Source: a virus (Duplodnaviria; Caudoviricetes). From it: a stretch of DNA of 24,185 bases. Location: positions 1 through 24,185 of the IMG/VR virus record IMGVR_UViG_3300005764_000012. One strand, 5' to 3'. The position numbers and the translations under genes were made by a program. Under the pieces are notes generated by a model. That model was given only the letters and a program-made list of their open reading frames with translations, was not told the DNA's origin and searched no databases. Shown one piece after another: positions 15,457 through 22,574 of the stretch (the stretch's first letter is position 1; every line of letters begins with the position of its first letter).

Positions 15457-16589
15457 GCCAGGCGCTTAGTCTTCCAGATCCGAAAACAACGACGATCGCG
15501 GCCGTGCCAGAGATCATTAAGTCGGTGCGTGCGTACCGCGATCGCGTGCGGGCCGATGCTGCGCGAATCCGTGAACTCAAGCGTCGGCTGGATGCGTTCT
15601 ATGCGTATCTGAATGACAAGCGCGCCAGGAAGGCGCTCGCCGGAGAGCAACGGTTGACCGAGGTCGTGATTGGCGAATTGCTCGGTCGACGTCGGCAAAA
15701 GTCAACGGATGACTTTTTTTCTGATCTACATAATCAATTCATTTTCGACTGTCGCCAGATGGCAGCAAACGCCGCGATCGTGCGGCGCCTCGTCGCGGGC
15801 GGAACGGTTGAGCGAAAGGCGATTCTTCGGCAATTACCGGTCGTCCTAGATGGCCGGCCTGCGCGGAAATCTCTAGCTGGCGAGACGTTCAACGAGGTCA
15901 ACGACAATATCGGATGGGCGCGATGGTCATGGAACCCGGTCACGGGCTGTCTGCATAATTGCGACTACTGTTACGCGCGCGATCTCGCCGAACGGTTCTA
16001 TCCCGAGAAGTTCGCGCCGACATTCCATCCAGAGCGGCTCGTCGCGCCATCGAATACGACTTTGCCGAAAACGGCCGGCAAGGATCCCGCTTGGCGTCGT
16101 GTGTTTACTTGTTCGATGGCTGACCTCTTCGGTAAGTGGGTCAAACAAAAATGGATTACGTCAGTCTTTGACCAGATCCGAGAACACTCGCAATGGGAAT
16201 ACCTCTGCCTGACGAAGTTCCCAGATCGGCTAGCTGAAATCGACTGGCCGCCGCATGTCTGGGCCGGCACGAGCGTCGATCGGCAGCATCGAGTCGCGGT
16301 CGCTGAAAAGAGTTTCGCGCGCGTCAGGGCTGGCGTGCGCTGGCTGAGCTGTGAACCGCTCCTTGAGCCGCTCAAGTTTTCATCACTCAGCATGTTCGAC
16401 TGGGTTGTGATTGGCGCGTCAACGGGCTCACAACAAGCGGAACCGTTCGCGCCGCCGTTCGAGTGGGTCGTCGATCTGTATCAACAAGCGCGCGCGGCCG
16501 GATGTCGCGTGTATCTGAAACATAACCTATTTGGGGCCGAGGACGGCCATGCGCCGGGCATGCAACCGATCCGGGAGTGGCCACGATGA
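15453..16589 (+). CDS. DUF5131 (phage Gp37/Gp68 family, radical-SAM-like three-Cys motif) with an extra N-terminal domain
   Basis: [55 protein letters not shown] and DWVVIG motifs. Confidence 0.9.
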   Translation: MSQALSLPDPKTTTIAAVPEIIKSVRAYRDRVRADAARIRELKRRLDAFYAYLNDKRARKALAGEQRLTEVVIGELLGRRRQKSTDDFFSDLHNQFIFDCRQMAANAAIVRRLVAGGTVERKAILRQLPVVLDGRPARKSLAGETFNEVNDNIGWARWSWNPVTGCLHNCDYCYARDLAERFYPEKFAPTFHPERLVAPSNTTLPKTAGKDPAWRRVFTCSMADLFGKWVKQKWITSVFDQIREHSQWEYLCLTKFPDRLAEIDWPPHVWAGTSVDRQHRVAVAEKSFARVRAGVRWLSCEPLLEPLKFSSLSMFDWVVIGASTGSQQAEPFAPPFEWVVDLYQQARAAGCRVYLKHNLFGAEDGHAPGMQPIREWPR

Positions 16590-17452
16590 GCACTGCACTT
16601 GCGCCCGTGCCGATCACGCCCGCACCCTACACGCGCGAGCAGATCGAATTGATTAAAAAGCAGGTCGCCATCGGCGCGACCGATGACGAGCTGCGCCTCT
16701 TTCTCTATCAGTGCCAACGTACGGGCCTCGACGCGCTGACGCGCCAGATCTACGCGATCAAACGCGGCGGGAAGATGACGATCCAGACGGCGATCGATGG
16801 CTTCCGCCTGATCGCCCAACGCACGGGCGAGTACCGCGGCCAGGTCGGCCCGTTCTGGTGCGGCGCCGATGGGCACTGGGCCGACGTCTGGCTCTCGACT
16901 GATCCGCCGGTCGCCGCCAAGGTCGGCGTCTGGCGCAAAGACTTCACCGAACCGGTCTGGGGCGTGGCGCGCACGACGGCGTACGCGGCGAAAGATGATC
17001 GCGGGCATCTCCTCGGCCTCTGGCACAAGATGCCGGACACGATGATCGCCAAATGCGCCGAGGCGCTCGCGCTCCGCAAAGCCTTCCCGCACGAGCTCTC
17101 GGGCGTCTACACGGGCGATGAGCTCGATCAGGCCGAGCCGCTCGAGACTGTCAATGTTGACAGTGGCGAGATCCACAGTGCGCCGGCGCCGCAGCCGATC
17201 GAAACGGTCACCGTCAAGATCGTCAACATCGTCAAGCGGCGGATCAAGACCGATCCGGTCCGCGAAAAGTTCGTCATCACGGCCGACGACGCGCAGACCT
17301 ATCACACGTTCTCGATCACGCACGCGACCGACGCGAAAGCGGCGAAGGAAGCCGGCGTCGCCGTCGTCATCCGCTACAAGGACTCGAAGTACGGCCGGAT
17401 GGTACAGACGCTCGCCGAAGTCGCGCCCGACGCGGCCGAGCCGCCGCTCTGA
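16586..17452 (+). CDS. bet: Single-strand annealing protein, Bet/RecT family
   Basis: [36 protein letters not shown] and [28 protein letters not shown]. Confidence 0.9.
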   Translation: MSTALAPVPITPAPYTREQIELIKKQVAIGATDDELRLFLYQCQRTGLDALTRQIYAIKRGGKMTIQTAIDGFRLIAQRTGEYRGQVGPFWCGADGHWADVWLSTDPPVAAKVGVWRKDFTEPVWGVARTTAYAAKDDRGHLLGLWHKMPDTMIAKCAEALALRKAFPHELSGVYTGDELDQAEPLETVNVDSGEIHSAPAPQPIETVTVKIVNIVKRRIKTDPVREKFVITADDAQTYHTFSITHATDAKAAKEAGVAVVIRYKDSKYGRMVQTLAEVAPDAAEPPL

Positions 17453-17464
17453 AAGGGGGAAAGT

Positions 17465-17893
17465 ATGCGCGCGCTGTGGCGTTCGCTCCTCGTCGTCGTC
17501 CTCGCGTTCTCGAGCTGTACGAAGATTTACAACATTCGCGATCGCGATCCGTCGCCGACCGCCCCGAGTCCCACCCCGCCGGCCGCGCCCGACCGGATCG
17601 AATTTCGCGCCTTCGGCAATACCGGCGGCGCCCCGGTCACGATCAAATTCACGAACGGGATCGACGGCCTCACCGTGCAGGTCGCCAATAGTCTGCCGTA
17701 CGTCGCCGACATCACCTCGACCGAGGCGTCGATCTTTCTGTCGCTCGAGGGCTCGGCGCTCGTGCCCCTGCTGTCTCAGCCGTCTGGTATTTTGCAAGTG
17801 CAGATTTTTACCAACGGGCGCCTGTTTCGCGAAGGCTCGGCGGCCGGTTTCGCGACGCTCACGGCGACGGCCCAAGGGACGTTCCGCCGATGA
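17465..17893 (+). CDS. Lipoprotein of unknown function
   Basis: Signal peptide ending LAFSS-C, PSPTAPSPTPP linker, then a beta-rich domain. Confidence 0.75.
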   Translation: MRALWRSLLVVVLAFSSCTKIYNIRDRDPSPTAPSPTPPAAPDRIEFRAFGNTGGAPVTIKFTNGIDGLTVQVANSLPYVADITSTEASIFLSLEGSALVPLLSQPSGILQVQIFTNGRLFREGSAAGFATLTATAQGTFRR

Positions 17894-17958
17894 TGGCCCG
17901 GCGCCTGCGTCGCTGGATCACGCGCGTCTTGTGGTGGTGGGAGCATCACGCCCGATGA
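17890..17958 (+). CDS. 22-aa Arg/Trp-rich micropeptide MMARRLRRWITRVLWWWEHHAR
   Basis: ATGA overlaps with both neighbouring ORFs. Confidence 0.5.
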   Translation: MMARRLRRWITRVLWWWEHHAR

Positions 17959-18026
17959 CACGTCTTCTGCGCCTGTTTGTCCTCGGCGTCTTACTCGGGG
18001 CGTTACTGAGCGTGATCGTGAGGTAA
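17955..18026 (+). CDS. 23-aa hydrophobic micropeptide MTRLLRLFVLGVLLGALLSVIVR
   Basis: GGGAG upstream, ATGA overlap, and a stop 3 nt before the next ATG. Confidence 0.5.
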   Translation: MTRLLRLFVLGVLLGALLSVIVR

Positions 18027-18029
18027 ACC

Positions 18030-19562
18030 ATGGCGAACCCGACACCCACCCTCGTCCAAGTCGCCACGACGGTGACCGCGGCCGATGGATCGACCGGCGC
18101 GCTCTCGGGCGTCATCGAACTCACCAGCCCGACCCCGCCACCGAGTGACGACGTCCTCACCGTGCAGGAATACTTGGGCTGTTTCCGCCTGCAACCAGAA
18201 GACGGCGGGCTGACGTCGTTTGCCTACGGCGGCCTGGCCGGCCGCAAACGCCCCGATGGCGGCCTCTCGCTCTACCTCGCCATCACCGACATGACCTGGC
18301 CCGGCACCGTCATCGAGATCGCCGACCCGGAAACCTACAGCCTCGACTACCGGACGGCGCCGCTCGCCGCGCCGCGGCTCGCCTGGCTCGACAACATCTG
18401 CCAGCACAAGCGCGGCACCTGGCTCACCTCGGCGCAGCGGAACAAAACCGTGCGCACGATTCGCAACCTGCTCCTCCACGCGCCCAACCCGATCCTCGAG
18501 GGCTGGCTCGACACGCTCCTCAAGCGCACCCCGCGTGATCCCTACACGTGGTATGAGTTCTATCCAGGCCAGGCGCCGCTTGGTGGGCTCTACTACCATC
18601 CGGAGCGCGAGGCGATCTACTGGAGTTATGCCGATCTCTACAACGTCTCTGGGCTGCCGAATTGGAACATCGGCGCGACGCGGCTCCACGCCGATGGCAC
18701 CGTCGATCAGGCCTTCGGCCCGTGGCGCCCGTCGACGACCGACAAGGACGACTACACGGCGTACGGTCCCTGGGCCTCGGGCTTTCTGGCCCGGCATCCG
18801 AACGGGGATCTGCTGACCGGCACGACGCTCCAATCGGGAAACGCCGGCAGCCCGTGGGGCCCGCATGCCGTGACCGGCAACACCTTTCCGCCGCTCGATC
18901 TCGACACGATGGCGCCGCATCCGCTCCCGACGCGGCTCATCCGCCACTACTACATGGGCGGCAAGATCAGCGCGGACGGTGTCGCGCAGGGCCCCGTGCT
19001 CTCGATGCGCCGGCCGGCGGCGCTAGCGCCCTATTGGGAAGCGCAAGGCACCCAGGCGCTCAACATCAACCAGGCACACTACGGCGGCGTCACGTCGTGG
19101 CGCCAGGTCGATCTCATCACGGGCGTCGAACTGCTCGAGTACCACGGCAAACGCGCGCTGATCTTCTGGGGCCTCAATGCGGCCAAAAACGCGCACGAGT
19201 GGTACAGCAACGTCGGCGTCGGCTCGCTCTACTGTCCGAACCACGGCGTCCCGCCGCCCGTCAGCATCACCGGGCCGGTCTGCACCGAGACGATCCCCGT
19301 GTTCATCAGCTATCGGGTCGAGGACATCGAGCGGATCGTGGCGGGCGAGCTCGAGGATTACGCGGCCGAACCTCACGCGTACCTTGACCTCGCGGCGTCC
19401 TTCGGCGTCCACATTGCCGATCCGGCCACGATGGCGTCGGGGTTCAATAGCGGCTACTTTGATCCGGACACGGGCCGGTACTTTCTAATCTCGCAGCGCG
19501 CCGACGAGGTCACGATCCCCGGCGCGCTCTCGGCAGTCATTCACGTCTTTCGACTGGGGTAA
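18030..19562 (+). CDS. Large hypothetical protein (510 aa), possibly beta-propeller-like
   Basis: GAGG RBS; phage-like codon usage; rich in Y/W/G; Pro linker after a short N-terminal segment. Confidence 0.75.
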   Translation: MANPTPTLVQVATTVTAADGSTGALSGVIELTSPTPPPSDDVLTVQEYLGCFRLQPEDGGLTSFAYGGLAGRKRPDGGLSLYLAITDMTWPGTVIEIADPETYSLDYRTAPLAAPRLAWLDNICQHKRGTWLTSAQRNKTVRTIRNLLLHAPNPILEGWLDTLLKRTPRDPYTWYEFYPGQAPLGGLYYHPEREAIYWSYADLYNVSGLPNWNIGATRLHADGTVDQAFGPWRPSTTDKDDYTAYGPWASGFLARHPNGDLLTGTTLQSGNAGSPWGPHAVTGNTFPPLDLDTMAPHPLPTRLIRHYYMGGKISADGVAQGPVLSMRRPAALAPYWEAQGTQALNINQAHYGGVTSWRQVDLITGVELLEYHGKRALIFWGLNAAKNAHEWYSNVGVGSLYCPNHGVPPPVSITGPVCTETIPVFISYRVEDIERIVAGELEDYAAEPHAYLDLAASFGVHIADPATMASGFNSGYFDPDTGRYFLISQRADEVTIPGALSAVIHVFRLG

Positions 19563-19579
19563 CTACACAGGAGGCGACT

Positions 19580-19786
19580 ATGCGGAGTTATCACCTCGTG
19601 CTCGACGACGGCACCGAACGCGACATCAAAGCCGGCGACATTCATACCGTCAACGGCGTGCTCGAATTCCGGAACAACGATACGCGCGTCACGGGCTCGC
19701 AGGAGAAAGGCTACGAGCTCGTCTGCGCGTATGCGCAGGGCGCCTGGCGCTCGGTCGAAGTCGAGCGGCTCGACGACAAAGGCTAG
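19580..19786 (+). CDS. Hypothetical protein (68 aa)
   Basis: Strong AGGAGG RBS; beta-strand-like pattern. Confidence 0.7.
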   Translation: MRSYHLVLDDGTERDIKAGDIHTVNGVLEFRNNDTRVTGSQEKGYELVCAYAQGAWRSVEVERLDDKG

Positions 19787-19789
19787 CCC

Positions 19790-20122
19790 GTGCCACCAGC
19801 CGCGCCGCATCTGTGCGTGGTCCCCGGCTGCGCGCATCTGGCGCGCGGCCGGCGCTGCCCGCGCCATGCGGTCGAGACTGAACACGCTCGCCCGAACTAT
19901 GCGCTCCGCCGCTGGTATCGCACGCCCCAATGGAAAGCGCTCCGCGCCCGCGTGTTGCGAGAGCAGGCGTATCAGTGCGCCGACTGTGGCCACGTCGTCG
20001 CCGCGCTCGAGGTCGATCACCTCGTGAAACATGAGGGGAATCCGCGCCTCTTCTGGGATCGGACGAACGTGCAAGCGCTCTGTCGCCCGTGCCATTCGCG
20101 CAAGACGCAACGTGGGGAGTAA
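19790..20122 (+). CDS. Terminase-associated HNH endonuclease (HK97 gp74-like)
   Basis: C..PGC...C..H N-terminus, WY.T.QW..LR..VL, CADC, VDH and N.QALC..CHSRKT; upstream of TerL. Confidence 0.9.
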   Translation: MPPAAPHLCVVPGCAHLARGRRCPRHAVETEHARPNYALRRWYRTPQWKALRARVLREQAYQCADCGHVVAALEVDHLVKHEGNPRLFWDRTNVQALCRPCHSRKTQRGE

Positions 20123-20229
20123 CCTTCCCGTGGCGTGCGGGCCGTCGGAAAGAACTCTCGTGACGCCTGAGCTGGGGAGGGAGGTTCTCCGTGTCACCGT
20201 TCACCGCGGCTCGCACGCCGTCTGATCCC

Positions 20230-20301
20230 TGGGGAGAAACATGGGGAGAAACATGGGGAGATCCAACGGCCACATGGGGAGAAAGAAACGGCCATGGGGG
20301 G
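20230..20301 (+). repeat. TGGGGAGA direct repeats in the putative cos/packaging region
   Basis: Copies at 20230, 20242, 20254 (12-bp period) and 20275, then CATGGGGGG; extra TGGGGAG at 20113 and 20173. Confidence 0.85.
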
Positions 20302-20372
20302 TGTCGAAATGTTGAGAGGATACCCCTCAGAAACCGCGCGGGAGTCACGTGCGGCCTTTACCCCTGAGATGT

Positions 20373-21983
20373 ATGGCTGACCCCATCGTTACGCCGAAGA
20401 AACTGGACCGCCGCGGCGGCTGGATGCGCAATCTAACCCTGCGCGACGATGGTCCGTTGGGGCCGGCCGCGCCCGCGCAGGATCCGATCGCGTTTATCAA
20501 CCGGCTCACGCATACCAAGGGCGCGTTTGCGCGCCAGACGTTTAATCTCCGGCCGTGGCAGCGCCGGATCGTGAAGCGGCTCTTCAAGAAACGGCCCGAT
20601 GGACTCCGACAGTACCGCACGTGCTTACTCATGCTGCCGCGCAAGAACGGCAAGACGGAGCTCGCCGCCGCGATCGCGCTCTATGGGCTTCTGGCTGATG
20701 GGGAAACGGGCGCCGAGGTCTATTCGGCCGCGGCCGATCGCGACCAGGCCGGGCTCGTCTTTGGCGTCGCCGCGCAGATGCTCAGAAACGATCCGACGCT
20801 CGACCAGACGTGCTACGTCGTCGAGTCGCAGAAGCGCATCGTGCATCGCGCGAGTGGCAGTTTTTACCGCGCGATCTCGGCCGAGGCGTACAGTAAGCAC
20901 GGGTTCAATGCGTCGATGGTGATTTATGACGAGCTGCACGCGGCGCCCGATCGGCGGCTCTACGATGTCCTGGCCACGTCGATGGGCGCACGGCGCCAAC
21001 CGCTGCTCTTTGTGATCTCGACGGCCGGCTACGATCGCCACTCGATCCTCTGGGAGCTCTACGCGCACGCGAAAAAAGTCGAGGCCGATCCGGCGCTCGA
21101 TCCGACGTTTCTCCCGATCCTCTACGAGGCGCCGGCCGAGGCCGACTGGACCAAGCCGCGCGTCTGGAAACAGGCCAATCCCGCGCTCGGCGATTTTCGA
21201 TCGCGCGAAGAGATCGAGATCCTCTGCGAGCGCGCCCAGGCGATCCCGGCGCAGGAAAATACGTTCCGCCGGCTGTATCTCAATCAGTGGACCGAGCAGG
21301 CCTCGCGCTGGATGGCGATGACGAGTTGGGACGCGTGCAAGGCGCCTGTCGCGCGGACGGCGCTTGCGGGCCGGCGCTGTTTTGTCGGGATGGATCTGTC
21401 GGCGACGACCGATCTGTCCGCGCTCGTCGCGGTCTTTCCGGATGCGACCGGCTTCGATGTGCTGCCGCAGTTTTTCGTCCCGGCCGATCGGATCGCCGAT
21501 CGATCGCGCCGCGATCATGTCCCGTACGACGAATGGGCGCGCCAGGGCCGGCTGACCGCGACCGAGGGCGCGGTGGTCGACTATGAGGCGATCCGGCGCG
21601 TCCTCCAGGGATGGGCCGCGGAGTTCTCGCTCCAGATGGTCGCCTTCGATCCGTGGAACGCGACCGATCTGGTGAGCCGCCTCCAGCAGCAGGACGGCCT
21701 GCTCTGCGTCTCGATGCGCCAGGGGTTCGCGTCGCTCTCGGCGCCGACCAAAGCGCTCGAGCAGGCCGTGCTCTCGAAGCGTTTGCGCCATGACGGACAT
21801 CCGGTCTTGCGCTGGAACCTCAGTAACGTCGCGGTCGAGTCCGATCCGGCGGGCAATATCAAGCCGTCGAAAACGGCCTCGACTGAACGGATCGATGGCG
21901 TGCTGGCGCTCGTGATGGCCGTCGATCTGATGACGCGGCAGACGGCAGCGCCGCCGAGCTACCAGATGGTGGTGGTCGGATGA
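20373..21983 (+). CDS. terL: Terminase large subunit (Terminase_1, HK97-like)
   Basis: LRPWQ, Walker A PRKNGKT, Walker B IYDELH, ISTAG, GMDLS...DLSA, FDPWNA and RIDGVLALVMA; start codon uncertain. Confidence 0.96.
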   Translation: MADPIVTPKKLDRRGGWMRNLTLRDDGPLGPAAPAQDPIAFINRLTHTKGAFARQTFNLRPWQRRIVKRLFKKRPDGLRQYRTCLLMLPRKNGKTELAAAIALYGLLADGETGAEVYSAAADRDQAGLVFGVAAQMLRNDPTLDQTCYVVESQKRIVHRASGSFYRAISAEAYSKHGFNASMVIYDELHAAPDRRLYDVLATSMGARRQPLLFVISTAGYDRHSILWELYAHAKKVEADPALDPTFLPILYEAPAEADWTKPRVWKQANPALGDFRSREEIEILCERAQAIPAQENTFRRLYLNQWTEQASRWMAMTSWDACKAPVARTALAGRRCFVGMDLSATTDLSALVAVFPDATGFDVLPQFFVPADRIADRSRRDHVPYDEWARQGRLTATEGAVVDYEAIRRVLQGWAAEFSLQMVAFDPWNATDLVSRLQQQDGLLCVSMRQGFASLSAPTKALEQAVLSKRLRHDGHPVLRWNLSNVAVESDPAGNIKPSKTASTERIDGVLALVMAVDLMTRQTAAPPSYQMVVVG

Positions 21984-22156
21984 AACCCCGCGGCCGGCCG
22001 CGCCTGGCGGCGAATGATCCGTCCGTGAATGTGCATTTTCGTCTGCCCGCCAAACAGTACGATCAAACCGCCAAGCAGGCGAGCGACGCCAAGCTCTCGC
22101 TCGCCGAGTGGCTGCGCCGGCTCGTGACCGAGCGTGGCAAATCGAATAAGGCGTAA
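21980..22156 (+). CDS. Ribbon-helix-helix DNA-binding protein (58 aa)
   Basis: MKPRGRPRL...VNVHFRLPAKQYDQTAKQASDAKLSLAEWLRRLV; ATGA-coupled to TerL; below the ORF track cut-off. Confidence 0.72.
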   Translation: MKPRGRPRLAANDPSVNVHFRLPAKQYDQTAKQASDAKLSLAEWLRRLVTERGKSNKA

Positions 22157-22181
22157 CCACATCTATCACAGGAGGCTCGCG

Positions 22182-22364
22182 ATGGATCTCGTCATTCTCG
22201 TGCTGGTCGTCGCGCTCATCGGCTTTCTCGTGTACATCATCACGACCAAAGTCCAGATGCCGCCCGGCTGGGCCGCGACCCTGCAACTGCTCGCGCTCAT
22301 CCTGCTCGTGCTCTACGTGCTCTCGCATTTCATCCATCTGCCGAACGTGTTGACGCCGCGATGA
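22182..22364 (+). CDS. Small two-TM membrane protein (holin candidate)
   Basis: AGGAGG RBS; MDLVILVLVVALIGFLVYII...LQLLALILLVLYVL. Confidence 0.7.
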   Translation: MDLVILVLVVALIGFLVYIITTKVQMPPGWAATLQLLALILLVLYVLSHFIHLPNVLTPR

Positions 22365-22513
22365 TGGCCTGGGTGCTGGCCGGGCTCGGCCTGGTCCTCG
22401 TCGCCGAGCTCTGGCGGTTGCACGTGGGGCTCCGGCGGCTCTTGGCGCAAGTGGCGGTCTTGACGCTCACGATCCGGGCCCTCATGGACAAGATCGACGA
22501 CTGGCAGAGGTAA
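22361..22513 (+). CDS. Small membrane-associated protein (50 aa)
   Basis: ATGA-coupled; MMAWVLAGLGLVLVAELWRLHVGLRRLLAQVAVLTLTIRALMDKIDDWQR. Confidence 0.55.
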   Translation: MMAWVLAGLGLVLVAELWRLHVGLRRLLAQVAVLTLTIRALMDKIDDWQR

Positions 22514-22515
22514 CC

Positions 22516-22541
22516 GTCGATTTTTGTCGCCGTAAATCGAC
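22516..22541. promoter_or_regulatory. Inverted repeat upstream of the capsid gene
   Basis: GTCGATTT-10 nt-AAATCGAC in a 61-nt intergenic gap. Confidence 0.5.
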
Positions 22542-22574
22542 ATTTCGGCGCGTCTGTCGTTCACTACCAGGGCC

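Noticed and set aside
20230-20301. CRISPR mini-array
   Set aside because: Repeats of 8-12 bp lack unique ~30-bp spacers, and there are no cas genes.
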